Numbered from the stretch's first letter, positions 26,767 to 37,836 are shown. The stretch: DNA of 64,000 nt from Candidatus Omnitrophota bacterium (GCA_040755155.1 JBFMBP010000029.1:8066-72065), one strand, 5' to 3'. The notes: generated by a model from the letters alone, not told the origin. Translations and numbers: made by a program.

Positions 26767-27429
26767 TTACTGAACCGGCTGTAACTGTTCCGCATCGGGG
26801 CCGGCGACGGTTTTATGGCGGCGGAGGAATTGACGGATATACGGATCGAATCCGACGATTTGGCCGGTATTGATCGTAAGCAAAGCTAATAGCGCCAATA
26901 ATTCCACTAAGTTCTTATTGACGATCAAGTAATTTCCTTCGTTGCCGATCATCATTTTCCCCGCCCATTGGGCATGATGCAGCCAGGATTCGTACTGAAT
27001 CCAAGGAGACGCGCTGGCGGAGATAGCCGCCTTCATGGTTTCCGGCGTTACGAATGTAAGATCGAACGGCGGCGCGGCGCAATAAAACATAGTCAGCAAA
27101 ACAACGCCGACCAAGCAGGACAAGCGGGTAAACAAGCCCAGCATCAATCCCAGACCCACAAGAAATATCGCCCACGGCATCATGAAATTCGTGAACGCCA
27201 TCAAACTCTCGTTAGCCGCCATCTGGTTGAAATAAGGAGAAAACGGGCCCCAAGACCCCGTCAAATAGGGCGCGGCCGACCATGTGGGATGCGCGAGTTT
27301 TACCCAGCCCTCGCGCAGAAAATGCCAGCCGATCCCGATTCGCAGCAAGACGAAGAAAAATTGCTGCGCGCATGTCAGACGATATCGCGGTTCTTTGTTT
27401 GACACGATTTTATCAATACCTCCACGCAA
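26767..27429 (-). CDS. DoxX-family membrane protein
   Basis: RIGIGWHFLREG DoxX-like N-terminus. Four TM helices. Apparent non-ATG (TTG) start. Confidence 0.5.
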   Translation of the reverse strand: MRGGIDKIVSNKEPRYRLTCAQQFFFVLLRIGIGWHFLREGWVKLAHPTWSAAPYLTGSWGPFSPYFNQMAANESLMAFTNFMMPWAIFLVGLGLMLGLFTRLSCLVGVVLLTMFYCAAPPFDLTFVTPETMKAAISASASPWIQYESWLHHAQWAGKMMIGNEGNYLIVNKNLVELLALLALLTINTGQIVGFDPYIRQFLRRHKTVAGPDAEQLQPVQ

Positions 27430-28475
27430 TCTGTGTTGAAATTGGACGCAATAATTTCCGAGCGGCCCTTATCGTCCGGCATCGGTATCAAAATCGCGCC
27501 TATATCCTTATCCTTACGATTTTCACAATATTCGAGAGTTTTCTCAACCCCCATCACGCAAAAAGCCGTCGAAAGAGCCTCCGCCAAAGCGGCGGTCGGC
27601 GCCACGACGCTCACGCTGAATACCTTGCAAGACGGCCAACCGGTGCGGGGATCGATGATATGGCCGTACCGTTTCCCCTCATGCAAAAAAAATTGCTCTT
27701 CGCTTCCCGAGGAGGAAAAGCCTTGGTTTTTCAATTGCAATCGGGCGATAGGACGCTCGCAGTCGAAGGGATTGCGGACGTCGATTTGCCAGGACTCCTT
27801 CCAGGCGGGCGCTCCGGAAGCCAGCACGCTGCTGAATCCGCCGTTGAGGAGAACGTCTTTCAATCCGCGATCCCGCGCGATTTTCATGGCGTGATCCAAT
27901 GCGAGGCCTTTGCCGATGCTGGCGGGAGTGATTTCGATATCCGGCTTCGTAAACTGGATCGTCTTCCTCTCTTCGTCCAACGCAATGCCATCCATGCCGA
28001 TCCGCTTTTTCGCCGCTTCGATGTCTTCGGGATGAGGGATGACTCCTTTTCTTTGAAAAAAACCCCAACAGCGGGACAACGGCGTCGTTGTGATGTCGAA
28101 CGCCCCTTCCGTCTCCCGATGGATGCGTTTGGCAAGCTTCACCATCTCGGCGATTTCCTCGCCTACCGGAACCGGTTCGAGAGCCGCTCTTTCGTTGACC
28201 TCTTTCAGCTCGCTTCTTCCCCGCCAGATGTTCAGCAAATAGTCGAAACGGTCGATTTCGTCGAGAACGTACATCCCCGTCTCGCGGGCTTGCGCTTTTT
28301 CATAGGTCCCGAATATCACTTCGAAATGGCTCGCCATCGCTTCCCGTCTCATGCGGACGTAAGACCGGTCGAGTCCAAGAAACGCGAGGGGATTTTTTAA
28401 ATCGAGCGCTTCGGCGGCTTGCCCGGCGAGTTTTTTAAACCCTTCGCTGAAAAAACTTCTCCGGTTGGTAGGCAT
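27375..28475 (-). CDS. apbE: FAD:protein FMN transferase (ApbE family) with Tat signal
   Basis: TNRRSFFSEG Tat motif. ApbE-like SIGKGLALD...LLNGG motifs. Confidence 0.7.
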   Translation of the reverse strand: MPTNRRSFFSEGFKKLAGQAAEALDLKNPLAFLGLDRSYVRMRREAMASHFEVIFGTYEKAQARETGMYVLDEIDRFDYLLNIWRGRSELKEVNERAALEPVPVGEEIAEMVKLAKRIHRETEGAFDITTTPLSRCWGFFQRKGVIPHPEDIEAAKKRIGMDGIALDEERKTIQFTKPDIEITPASIGKGLALDHAMKIARDRGLKDVLLNGGFSSVLASGAPAWKESWQIDVRNPFDCERPIARLQLKNQGFSSSGSEEQFFLHEGKRYGHIIDPRTGWPSCKVFSVSVVAPTAALAEALSTAFCVMGVEKTLEYCENRKDKDIGAILIPMPDDKGRSEIIASNFNTDCVEVLIKSCQTKNRDIV

Positions 28476-28715
28476 GGCGCGTCTCAAGGCGATATCCTTT
28501 CCCGGCGGATGAAAAATCGGATAGAGATTATTGTATCCATCTACCCCCTATTTCGTAAGAACGGCTCTTTCCCCCTTTTTTTCGATAGAAAGAACGCAAC
28601 AATCCATAAAGAGAAAACTTCATAAGATGACTTCTGCGCCGACTTGAAAACGCATGATCCATATTACAATACGAGATGCAGGATTAATTAATTCAAGACG
28701 CTTTTCCTTAAAACC

Positions 28716-29684
28716 ATGAATCCTATCGTTGCGATCGAACGATGCGATAGCTATCGATTGTCCGCCGTGCGCGGCGCTGTGGAAAACGCTTTGGCGCCCT
28801 TGGGCGGGATGCCCGCCTTCGTAAAGCGCGGCGATCGCGTATTGTTGAAACCCAATCTGCTTTTCGCCAAACCGGCGGAAATGGCGGTAACCACTCACCC
28901 GGCGCTGGTGGAAGCCGTCGCTTTGATGGTCTTGGACTGCGGAGGAATTCCCGTCATTGGCGACAGCCCCCCTATGACAAGCGCCCTCCGCGCCGCGCGC
29001 GCCTGCGGCGTCGCCGCCGCCGCCCAGCGTTGCGGCGTTGAAATTGTCGAATTCCGCCATCCCGCTTCCGTTTTCCGCCGTCAACCGATTCTTACGGCAG
29101 GCGTCGCCGTTCCCCAGATGGAAAAAAGTCTGTTGGAAATGGACGTCATTATCAACCTTCCCAAATTCAAAAGCCATCAGCAAATGCTTCTTACCTGCGC
29201 CGTTAAAAATCTCTACGGCTGCGTCGTCGCCCGCCGTAAAGCCTTTTGGCACTTCCGCCTGCGCCGGAATCCACTTCTCTTCGCCGAAATGCTTCTCGCC
29301 CTCCTGGAAAGAATCTCGCCGGAATTGACTATCGTAGATGCTGTCGTTGGCATGGAGGGAAATGGACCGGGACATGGCCAACCCAAACCGATAGGCCTAA
29401 TCCTCGCCGGACGAAACGCCATTGCGATCGATCGAGTCGCCGCAGAAATCGTCAACATCCCTTGGAAGGAACATTTCGTGTTGAACGCCGCCGAACATTT
29501 GGGATTCGACGGCGTCGATCTAAAAAATATTCGAGTGGAAGGTCTTCCCTTAGATGAGGCTCGCGTGGAAGCGTTCCAAATCCCCGATCTTTCTCCCATC
29601 GGTTTTTCCATCGCTCACTTGATAAAGGGATTGATAAAGTATATTAGATATCGTCTAGTTTCCAAAACCAAAAGCGTTCATTGA
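28716..29684 (+). CDS. DUF362 domain protein (cytoplasmic paralog)
   Basis: RVLLKPNLL..VTTHPALVEAV DUF362 pattern. No signal peptide. Confidence 0.6.
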   Translation: MNPIVAIERCDSYRLSAVRGAVENALAPLGGMPAFVKRGDRVLLKPNLLFAKPAEMAVTTHPALVEAVALMVLDCGGIPVIGDSPPMTSALRAARACGVAAAAQRCGVEIVEFRHPASVFRRQPILTAGVAVPQMEKSLLEMDVIINLPKFKSHQQMLLTCAVKNLYGCVVARRKAFWHFRLRRNPLLFAEMLLALLERISPELTIVDAVVGMEGNGPGHGQPKPIGLILAGRNAIAIDRVAAEIVNIPWKEHFVLNAAEHLGFDGVDLKNIRVEGLPLDEARVEAFQIPDLSPIGFSIAHLIKGLIKYIRYRLVSKTKSVH

Positions 29685-29903
29685 CTTTATTTATACTAAA
29701 ATTTTACGCTTTGCTACTATTCATTACCGAATAAATCGATGTTATTATAGAGTTTAATTTCAAAATGTTTTCGCTATGCATCTGTTCGATAAGGAAATAA
29801 TGGATGGGAGATAGGTTTGGATAATAATAATCGCTTCACTCAATCCATCTCCATTAACGCTATCAATTTGAGTTTTTGATTGTATTCATCCGGTGATTGA
29901 CGT

Positions 29904-30806
29904 ATGCAAGAAGGAACCATTTTGATCGTTGACGACGAGGAAATGATCCGCGATCTCCTTGTCGATATGCTTACCGAATCGGGCAACTATCGCATTTTCA
30001 CAGCCGTCAATGGCAAGGAAGCTCTCGATATCGCCTTTCGGGAAGAAGTGGATTTAGTTCTGACCGACTTGCGGATGCCGGTTATGGGCGGGATGGAGTT
30101 GCTGGCGGAATTGCGCAAACGCCAGCCGGAAATCGCCGTCGTCATCCTCACCGGATTCGGACGGCGGGAAGACGTCATCGAAGCCTTGCGGCTTGGCGCT
30201 TCCAATTTTCTCATGAAGCCGCAAGAAGTGGAGATGATTAACACCATTGCTTCCAAAATTCTCCGAATGCGGTTCAAAGAGAAATTGGAACAGCGAATTT
30301 TCGATTATTTCGTAGAAGAAGATCAGCTTTACTACATTCCCAGCGATCCTAAATTCACATTGCCCCTCATCGATCTCATTACGGAAAAAATCGCCAAGAT
30401 CGGCATCTGCGACCAATCCGAATTGATGAATACCCGCCTAGCGCTCGATGAAGCCCTGACCAACGCCATCGTTCACGGCAATCTGGAAATCGACTCCAAC
30501 TCCAAAGGCGCCACGCTGGAAGAATTGATTCAATTCAACGAACTCGTCAAAACCAAAATCTCGCTTGAGCCATACTGTTCCCGCATCGTGAAAGTTGGCG
30601 CCCGCATGACGAAAAAAAAAGCCGTCTTTACCATCGAAGACGAAGGCAAGGGATTCGACTGGAAAGAGACCACAATCGACAAGGAAATCGACGAAATGCT
30701 CGTCAACCATGGCCGAGGATTAATTCTGATCCGTGCTTTTATGTCCCAGGTCGATTTTAACGAAAAAGGGAACCAGATTACGATGATTAAAGAAAAATCC
30801 GATTGA
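29904..30806 (+). CDS. Response regulator receiver fused to SpoIIAB-like HATPase_c (anti-sigma regulatory factor-type) domain
   Basis: ILIVDDEEMIRDLL...DLVLTDLRMP receiver. C-terminal NHGRGLILIRAFMSQVDF HATPase-like motif. Confidence 0.65.
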   Translation: MQEGTILIVDDEEMIRDLLVDMLTESGNYRIFTAVNGKEALDIAFREEVDLVLTDLRMPVMGGMELLAELRKRQPEIAVVILTGFGRREDVIEALRLGASNFLMKPQEVEMINTIASKILRMRFKEKLEQRIFDYFVEEDQLYYIPSDPKFTLPLIDLITEKIAKIGICDQSELMNTRLALDEALTNAIVHGNLEIDSNSKGATLEELIQFNELVKTKISLEPYCSRIVKVGARMTKKKAVFTIEDEGKGFDWKETTIDKEIDEMLVNHGRGLILIRAFMSQVDFNEKGNQITMIKEKSD

Positions 30807-30974
30807 TTCTTTAGCCTGAGTCATGACGGCCAGGATGAAAGGATAGACAGGATAGAGCGATGGCGCTTCACGGGCTTCCAGCCTGCAGTTTATCTCGTCC
30901 AGGCTAGAAGCCCGTACCACAAGAAATTGATTAATTGCCGTTTCGTCATAAAAGGTTTTTCTCTGTGAAATCCA

Positions 30975-31050
30975 AAATCACCCATGATATCCGTGATTCG
31001 AAATTTCGTGTAATTCGCGCCCTTTCGCGTTTTCACGATTCAAAAACGCA
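30975..31050. repeat. Fragment of MITE family A (conserved 65-bp core only, no TIRs)
   Basis: GATATCCGTGATTCGAAATTTCGTGTAATTCGCGCCCTTTCGCGTTTTCACGATTCAAAAACGC matches the core of copies at 39121, 45600 (rc), 52540 and 54440. Confidence 0.55.
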
Positions 31051-31353
31051 GTCTTAGGAATTCTATTCCCGTTTTTCGCAATTTCATAAAAACTTTCCTT
31101 TCCCCCCATCGGATGCCTTATCCGCAAATCTTGCGCAAAATGGCATTTCACGGCACTATTACTATCGTTTTTCAAAATCGCGTTTGATCTTTCGTTCCGG
31201 AAGCCAACGAAATGATTTCGCTAGGCGCTCCTAGCGGAATTCTTGCGTTACTTAATCCGGACAGAATCGTTTAAGAAACCCATGTTGTAATTATTTTTTA
31301 TTCAAGCCTGTTGTTACTCCACTACTTCTCATAACAAAGGTAAGAGGAGAGCC

Positions 31354-32301
31354 ATGATTGTTGCAGAAAATTTAAAAAAAGTATTCAGCCGCGTCACTGC
31401 CATCGACGACGTATCGTTCGAAATGGCCGAAGGGGAAATTCTCGGTTTCCTCGGACCGAACGGCGCGGGAAAGACGACGACCATGAGGATTCTCACCGGC
31501 TATTCCCCCCCCACCAGCGGGCGGGCGATCGTCGGCGGCCATGATGTGCGCACCGCGCCGCTGGAAGTGAGAAAAATCATCGGTTATCTTCCGGAAAACA
31601 CCCCGCTCTACCTGGATATGGACGTCCTCAGTTATCTCGGCTTCGTCGCCCAGGTGAAAAACATCGCGCCCGGCGACCGCGCCGCTTCCATCCGCGAAGC
31701 GATGGACGAAACGGGAATTTCGGACGTAGCCCAACGCACCGTGGGAAAATTATCCAAGGGATACCGCCAGCGGGTGGGACTCGCCCAAGCCTTGTTGGGA
31801 AATCCTAAAGTGCTGATTCTCGACGAACCCACCGTCGGTCTCGATCCCAACCAGATTCGCGAAATCCGCCAGCTGATTAAAAACATGTCCGGCAAGCGCA
31901 CCGTCATTTTGTCCACCCACATTTTGCCGGAAGTCAGCATGATTTGCGACCGCGTGCTCATCATTCACGAAGGCCGCATCGTGGCGTCCGACGCCGTCGG
32001 CGAACTGTCGCGGCGCCTCGCCAAATCCACCATCATCCGCCTGGTGCTGCGGGCGCCCAGCAGCGAGATCAACGACGCCCTCTCCGATTTAAAAGGCGTT
32101 CAGAAGATCGAAAGTTCCGAATTGCCGGATCGCGGATTCTGCCAGGTCATGATCGAAGCCAATCCGCAATTCGACATCCGTCCCGACATCGTCAACCGGG
32201 TCGCCGGCCGCGGTTGGCCTTTATACGAAATCCGTTCGATGGATCCCACGCTGGAAGACATCTTCGTGGAAATCATCGCCGGCGAAAATAAGGAGGCGTG
32301 A
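31354..32301 (+). CDS. ABC-2 type transporter ATP-binding protein (GldA-like)
   Basis: GPNGAGKTT Walker A. LSKGYRQRVGLAQA signature. ILDEPTVGLD. Confidence 0.8.
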   Translation: MIVAENLKKVFSRVTAIDDVSFEMAEGEILGFLGPNGAGKTTTMRILTGYSPPTSGRAIVGGHDVRTAPLEVRKIIGYLPENTPLYLDMDVLSYLGFVAQVKNIAPGDRAASIREAMDETGISDVAQRTVGKLSKGYRQRVGLAQALLGNPKVLILDEPTVGLDPNQIREIRQLIKNMSGKRTVILSTHILPEVSMICDRVLIIHEGRIVASDAVGELSRRLAKSTIIRLVLRAPSSEINDALSDLKGVQKIESSELPDRGFCQVMIEANPQFDIRPDIVNRVAGRGWPLYEIRSMDPTLEDIFVEIIAGENKEA

Positions 32302-32302
32302 A

Positions 32303-33088
32303 ATGAAAAACGCTTGGGCCATCTACAAACGCGAGCTGCGCGCCTACTTCTTTTCGCCTCTCGCCTACGTCATGTACGTTCTCTTCCTCGTCGTCTGCGC
32401 CGTCTTCTTTAACATGTACTTCTCCATGTACATCCGTTGGAGCCAAATGGCCATGATGCAGCGGCAGATGGGAGCGCCCCAGCTGCCCAATTATACGGAA
32501 ACGGTTCTCTTGGGCATCACCGGCGTGATGACTTTCATCCTGCTCTTCATCGTTCCCATGATCTCCATGCGCCTCTTTGCGGAAGAGAAAAAACTGGGCA
32601 CTCTCGAATTGCTCTTTACCTATCCGATTAAAGATATCGAAGTTTTAATGGGCAAATTCCTCGCCGCTTTGACGGTGCTTATCGGAATGCTCACTCTCAC
32701 CTTCGTTTACGTCCTTCTGTCCAATATCGTTGTGGCGGATCAAACGTACATTCCCGCCGTCCTCGCATCCTACCTGGGCGTGCTTTTGGTAGGATCCGCT
32801 TTTCTTTCGCTGGGCATCTTTGCCTCGGCGTTGACGGAGAACCAGATCGTCGCCGGCATGGTTTCCTTTACCTCCCTGCTAGTGCTGTGGATGATCGGCT
32901 TCGTCGATGAAATCCAACCGAATACGTTTTTGGGTAAAATTTGCAACGAGATTTCCGTTTACGCCCATTTCGACGAATTCGGCAAGGGAGTCATCACGAC
33001 GGGGCACGCCGCCTATTACATCCTCTTCTCCGTTTTCTTTCTCTTTTTCACGCTGCGCATACTCGAATCCAACCGGTGGAGGGGATAA
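32303..33088 (+). CDS. ABC-2 family permease (GldF-like)
   Basis: 6-TM hydrophobic protein. Start 1 nt after the upstream stop. Confidence 0.7.
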   Translation: MKNAWAIYKRELRAYFFSPLAYVMYVLFLVVCAVFFNMYFSMYIRWSQMAMMQRQMGAPQLPNYTETVLLGITGVMTFILLFIVPMISMRLFAEEKKLGTLELLFTYPIKDIEVLMGKFLAALTVLIGMLTLTFVYVLLSNIVVADQTYIPAVLASYLGVLLVGSAFLSLGIFASALTENQIVAGMVSFTSLLVLWMIGFVDEIQPNTFLGKICNEISVYAHFDEFGKGVITTGHAAYYILFSVFFLFFTLRILESNRWRG

Positions 33089-33091
33089 ATC

Positions 33092-34702
33092 ATGTCATCC
33101 AAAAATAACGTTTTAGGAATTTTAGGAATCGTTCTCGCCGCTCTTGGATTGCTCGTCTGGGTTATCCGTATGGAACTGGTCGCCTACGCCGCGGCGCCGC
33201 TGGCGCTGGGCGGCGTCCTGATCCTGATTTACGCCGCTATGAACATCAATTTTCTTATGGAAAAACTCACAGGCCGCGCCGCGATGGAAGGCGCCAACAT
33301 GGCTGTCTCCATCGCCGTCTTCCTGGCCATCGTGATTTTCCTGGAAATGCTTTTCGCCAATCACAGCGCCCGCTTCGATATGACGGAAGCGAAAAAATTC
33401 AGCCTGGCGGATCAGACTATCAACATGGTGAAGGGATTGAAAGAGCCGATTCACGCTTTGTTCCTTATCAATCCCCAAACTCCCCGCCAGACCGAACAGG
33501 CGAAAGACCTCCTTGCGTTATACGCCTTCTATTCGAATCAATTCACCTATGAACTGCTCGATCCGGAAAAGAATCCGGAAAAAGTGGAAAAATTGGCGCC
33601 CGTCACGTTAGGCGCCATCTACGTCAGCGCCAAGGAAGAACGCCGGGAAAAAGTCGATCCCGTCAACGAAAATACGCTTACCAACGCCTTGATGAAACTG
33701 ATCAAAACCAGCCAGAAAGTGATCTATTTCACGACGGGCCATACCGAACGCTCCATTTCCAGCGAAGAGGAGGAAGGCATCAGCGGCATCAAGCAATTGA
33801 TCGAAGAAGAAGGCTACAAAGTGCAAGAGCTGCAACTCTTCAATACCGGCGAAGTTCCCAACGACGCCGCCATGGTCGTCATCGTCCGCCCCAAGACGCC
33901 CTTCTTCGAACCGGAAATCACCGCCCTGCAGAACTATCTGAGTTATGGAGGCAAACTCATCGCCCTCATCGATCCGGAAACAAACTCCGGGTTGGAAAAG
34001 TTCCTGGACGAGAATTACGGCGTGGTTTTGGGCAACGATTGGATCGTGGAAAACAATAAAATGCTGCAACTCTTCGGCGGCAGCCCCATCGCTCCGCTCA
34101 TCGCCGAACTGGGCGATCACGAAATCACTCGCGCCTTCGGCAACTCGGTTCCGGGCATCGTTTTTCCCATCGTCCGCAGCGTCACCCCGAAATCGCCCCT
34201 GCCGGAGGGCGTAAACGTTACGGAACTGGTTAAAACCAGCAAGATGAGCTGGGCGGAAACGAATATCAAGAAGTTGATGGATGAGAAGCAGGCGTTATTG
34301 GATGAGGGCGAGGACAAAGCCGGTCCCGTCGCCATCGCCGTCGCCGTCACCATGCCCGCCAAAGTGAAAATCGCCGAAGTCACGGAAGAGAAAAAGACGG
34401 ATGCCGAAAATCCCGAGGAGAAAAAGGAAGAGCCGGAAACCCGCCTCATCGTCTTCGGCGATTCCGACTTTATCAACAATCAGCAATACATGCGCGGCTT
34501 GGATTTATTAATGAATTCCCTCAACTGGCTTAGCAAGCAGGAAGACATGATTTCCATTCGCCCCAAGGACGATAAGGGGGAAGCCATCATTGTCACGCCG
34601 GTTCAAGCCAATCTCGTCTTCTATACCTCCCTCGTCGCTCTGCCGAGTTGCGTCGCCATTTTCGGCTTCGTAATTTGCCTGATGAAGCGATTCCGCGGTT
34701 GA
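33092..34702 (+). CDS. GldG-like ABC-transporter auxiliary protein
   Basis: N-terminal TM segments. Large periplasmic domain. C-terminal TM anchor. Positional partner of the ABC-2 pair. Confidence 0.65.
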   Translation: MSSKNNVLGILGIVLAALGLLVWVIRMELVAYAAAPLALGGVLILIYAAMNINFLMEKLTGRAAMEGANMAVSIAVFLAIVIFLEMLFANHSARFDMTEAKKFSLADQTINMVKGLKEPIHALFLINPQTPRQTEQAKDLLALYAFYSNQFTYELLDPEKNPEKVEKLAPVTLGAIYVSAKEERREKVDPVNENTLTNALMKLIKTSQKVIYFTTGHTERSISSEEEEGISGIKQLIEEEGYKVQELQLFNTGEVPNDAAMVVIVRPKTPFFEPEITALQNYLSYGGKLIALIDPETNSGLEKFLDENYGVVLGNDWIVENNKMLQLFGGSPIAPLIAELGDHEITRAFGNSVPGIVFPIVRSVTPKSPLPEGVNVTELVKTSKMSWAETNIKKLMDEKQALLDEGEDKAGPVAIAVAVTMPAKVKIAEVTEEKKTDAENPEEKKEEPETRLIVFGDSDFINNQQYMRGLDLLMNSLNWLSKQEDMISIRPKDDKGEAIIVTPVQANLVFYTSLVALPSCVAIFGFVICLMKRFRG

Positions 34703-34716
34703 AAGGAGAAGGATGA

Positions 34717-36144
34717 ATGAAACGCAATCTCGTTCTGCTCGTTATCGCCGCCGTTATCGCCTTGCTCTATTTTTGGGATGTGAAACGGCAAGAACAAAAA
34801 AAAGAATTGGAAGAAAAAGATAAAGAGATTATCGCCTTGAAACAAGACGAGGTGAAAGAAATCTCCATCGTCAACAAGGAAGGAACTTTCAAGGCCGTCA
34901 TGGACGGAGAAAATTGGCGTATGGTGCAGCCGTTCGAAACCGGCGGCGATAAAAGCGCCTGGGACAACATCGCCCGCAGCATCACCGACGGCCAAAAACA
35001 GCGCGTCATCGACGAAAATCCCAAAGACATCGGCGTCTTCGGCCTCAAGGAACCCACGCTGCAAGTTACGGTCTCCGGCGTCAACGGCGCCACGGCTTCT
35101 ACGCTCCTTTTTGGGAAAGCCACTCCCACATCCGGAAAGTATTACGCCTTGGTGAAAGGAAGCAGCGAAGTCGTTACCGTCTACAGCAGCATGTATACCA
35201 GCGGTGACAAGAAACTCTTCGACCTGCGCGACAAAACCATCGTCGATATCGACGCGGCGAAAGTCCAACGGTTCGAAGTCGATCAACCCGGCCTAAAACT
35301 CAAAGCCGACCGCAAAGGCGAAGACGAATGGACGATCACCGAACCCGTTCTAGCCCGCGCCGATTCCACGAAGATTCAAGACATGCTTAGCAAAATCAAA
35401 AACGGCAAGATCAAGCAATTCATCGACGAGCATCCCGACAACTTGGCCGCCTACGAACTGGTGCAACCCGCCACCCGCCTGGTTTTCTGGACAGGCGAAA
35501 AGGCCAACGAATCCAGCTGGTCGTCCCGCGCTCTGCTCATTGGTTGCACCAGTACAACTGATAACGTATACGCCATGCGCGAAGGCCAGAAAAACGTCTT
35601 CGCCATCGATCCCAAAGACTTGGATAAAGTGCCCTACGACGTCCTTTCCCTGCGCATGAAGAAAATTTCTTCCCTGCGTTCGTGGGATATCAAAAACGTA
35701 AAGGTTTCCGCCGCCAGCGAAACCATTTTCGAAGCTACTAAATCCAGCGGCGATTGGTATCTGCTGCCCAAAGAAGAAGGCGGAAAACTGGCGAAAGCGG
35801 AATATTCCCCCATGATGGATTTCGTGCGGGAAGCCGTCGATCTGGAAATCGCACAATTTTTGGATGACGCAACGAAAACCGCCGATCTCAGCCAACCCGT
35901 TCTTACGATAGAACTCAAGACGGACGCCAAAAGCGAAACGATCGCGCTGGCGGGACCCAAACCCTCCAGCGACGGGATTTCTTATTACTTCGGCATGAGA
36001 AAAGAACCGGATGAGGTTTACGCTTTAAATCAGGATAAAGTGGAAAAAATCATCCAAATGGCGCACAGCGTAAAAGCGGAAGAGACGCCAACCCCCACGC
36101 CGGAACCGGAAAAAAAGGCGGAAAGTACGCCGAAAAAAGAATAA
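34717..36144 (+). CDS. DUF4340-like protein (usual partner of GldG-type modules)
   Basis: N-terminal TM anchor. Lys/Glu-rich coiled region. Gene order after the gldG-like gene. Confidence 0.55.
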   Translation: MKRNLVLLVIAAVIALLYFWDVKRQEQKKELEEKDKEIIALKQDEVKEISIVNKEGTFKAVMDGENWRMVQPFETGGDKSAWDNIARSITDGQKQRVIDENPKDIGVFGLKEPTLQVTVSGVNGATASTLLFGKATPTSGKYYALVKGSSEVVTVYSSMYTSGDKKLFDLRDKTIVDIDAAKVQRFEVDQPGLKLKADRKGEDEWTITEPVLARADSTKIQDMLSKIKNGKIKQFIDEHPDNLAAYELVQPATRLVFWTGEKANESSWSSRALLIGCTSTTDNVYAMREGQKNVFAIDPKDLDKVPYDVLSLRMKKISSLRSWDIKNVKVSAASETIFEATKSSGDWYLLPKEEGGKLAKAEYSPMMDFVREAVDLEIAQFLDDATKTADLSQPVLTIELKTDAKSETIALAGPKPSSDGISYYFGMRKEPDEVYALNQDKVEKIIQMAHSVKAEETPTPTPEPEKKAESTPKKE

Positions 36145-36163
36145 CTTCCCTTTTTTTAAACAA

Positions 36164-36203
36164 GAACAGCCCGTCTTGAATGCCAGGGCGGGCTGTTTTT
36201 TTA
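36164..36203. terminator. Bidirectional rho-independent terminator between convergent genes
   Basis: CAGCCCG..CGGGCTG stem flanked by A-run and TTTTTTTATTT. Confidence 0.5.
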
Positions 36204-36204
36204 T

Positions 36205-37743
36205 TTATTCCCGGTAGGAATGAATTACGCGATAAACGGATTCCAAGTTTTGCGGAATCTTGGACGCGGTTTTATCGAAACGCTCGACGTAGCGTTCATG
36301 AGCTTCTGCAATGGGTTCGACGGAGTCGACTGGGATGGAAATATGGCTCAAGGCGTCGGCAATGTCCCGATAGACGCCGCCTCCGATGCCCGCCAATATA
36401 GCGGCGCCGAGCATAGTGGCTTCCACGTCTTGCAATACATCCAAACTCCTGCCGCACATATCCGCCTTCATCTGCATCCAGAAAGGATTCTTTTGCCCGC
36501 CGCCCGCCGCGCGGATCGATTCCGCCTTCACGCCCAGACTCTGCTCGATGGCGCCAATCTGTTGATAGGTTTGATAGGACAAACCCTCGAATAGGGCGCG
36601 GGCGATGTCCCGGCGGTCGGTTTGCGTGTTGATTCCCAAAATCGTCCCCAGCGGATCGTAAGCTTGCGACGGCCCCATGCCGCGCACGAAGGCGGGCAGG
36701 AGATAGACGTTGTTGGCGCCGAGCGGCGCTTCCGCCGCTTCTTTGATGAGAACGTCGTAGGACGAACATTCTCGATAGAACTGGTTGCGCACCCATTCGA
36801 TAACGCCTCCCGCGATCATCAGCGCCTGGCAGTTCCACCACCCCGGAGCGGCGTGGCATTCCCAATCCAAACCGTGGGAAAAATCCGCATCCGACGGGCG
36901 GCAGAAATCGGTAACGGCCATCAAGATTTCCCACGTCCCGTTGATGTCCAGAAATGTTTCCTTGCTGTGAATGCCGGAGCCGATGACGGCCAGTTCCGTA
37001 TCATGTCCGCCGGTAGCGACGACGGTCCCGGCGGGAATGCCGCTCGTCTCGGCGGCCGCCTTCGTCACCTCGCCGACGCGGGCGCCGGAATCGTGCAGCG
37101 GACTCAAAAAATGCGCGGGAATCCCCACTTTCGCCAGCATCTCTTCCGCCCAAGTTCGCTTAGGCAGATCGAGACACATCATCGTGGAAGCGATAGTGAG
37201 TTCGGTGGAGAACTGGCCTGTAAGGCGATAAACGATGTAGTCCTGCACATGCAGCCAATAAGCGGCTTGTTCCAAAACTTGCGGTTGATTCTCTTGCAGC
37301 CAGAGAAAGCGATTAAGCGTGTTGATGGAATAATTATGATAGCCGGTGGTTTGATAAATCGCCTTCCGCCCCAATATTTCGCTGACTTTTTCCGCCTGCG
37401 CCGCCGTGCGCCCGCAATGCCAGCTGATGCAGGGATAGAGTTGCTTCTCTTCCTTGGACATAGGAACGCCATCGGCGCCGAATCCGGTTACGGCGACGCC
37501 TCGCACTTCCGGCGCTCCGCCTAATTCGCTCATTACTTTTTTCGAGCAGCCGCAGATGGAGTTCCATATTTCCTCCACATCCCAAATGCGCCATTCCGGC
37601 GGCGCATCGGGCTGCGGTTTGGGCGCATTGGGTGCGCTGGCGGATGTCAATAATTTGCCGTCCAAAGAGAAAGCGCCGGTTTTCACGCTGGTGGCGCCGA
37701 TATCGATCGCAAGCAAAATCGCAGAATTCGACATGTTCATCAC
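36205..37743 (-). CDS. FGGY-family carbohydrate kinase
   Basis: N-terminal LLAIDIGATSVK. FGGY N- and C-domains (GGGQKNPFWMQ). Confidence 0.75.
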   Translation of the reverse strand: MMNMSNSAILLAIDIGATSVKTGAFSLDGKLLTSASAPNAPKPQPDAPPEWRIWDVEEIWNSICGCSKKVMSELGGAPEVRGVAVTGFGADGVPMSKEEKQLYPCISWHCGRTAAQAEKVSEILGRKAIYQTTGYHNYSINTLNRFLWLQENQPQVLEQAAYWLHVQDYIVYRLTGQFSTELTIASTMMCLDLPKRTWAEEMLAKVGIPAHFLSPLHDSGARVGEVTKAAAETSGIPAGTVVATGGHDTELAVIGSGIHSKETFLDINGTWEILMAVTDFCRPSDADFSHGLDWECHAAPGWWNCQALMIAGGVIEWVRNQFYRECSSYDVLIKEAAEAPLGANNVYLLPAFVRGMGPSQAYDPLGTILGINTQTDRRDIARALFEGLSYQTYQQIGAIEQSLGVKAESIRAAGGGQKNPFWMQMKADMCGRSLDVLQDVEATMLGAAILAGIGGGVYRDIADALSHISIPVDSVEPIAEAHERYVERFDKTASKIPQNLESVYRVIHSYRE

Positions 37744-37836
37744 CTCATTCTTCCATCGAAATCAATCCGGAAAAGTATGAAATATCCATGAAAATATGGC
37801 AAGGAGGGGGGATAACGCTGGAGAATTAATTCCAAA

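Noticed and set aside
28620-29381. 253-aa minus-strand ORF
   Set aside because: Entirely antisense to the DUF362 gene 28716-29684, which has clear family motifs. Gly/Ala/His-rich low-complexity translation.
36220-37524. Several plus-strand ORFs (124-300 aa) inside 36205-37743
   Set aside because: Antisense to the FGGY kinase gene, whose N-terminal ATPase motifs are clear. Arg/Gly-rich GC-frame artefacts.
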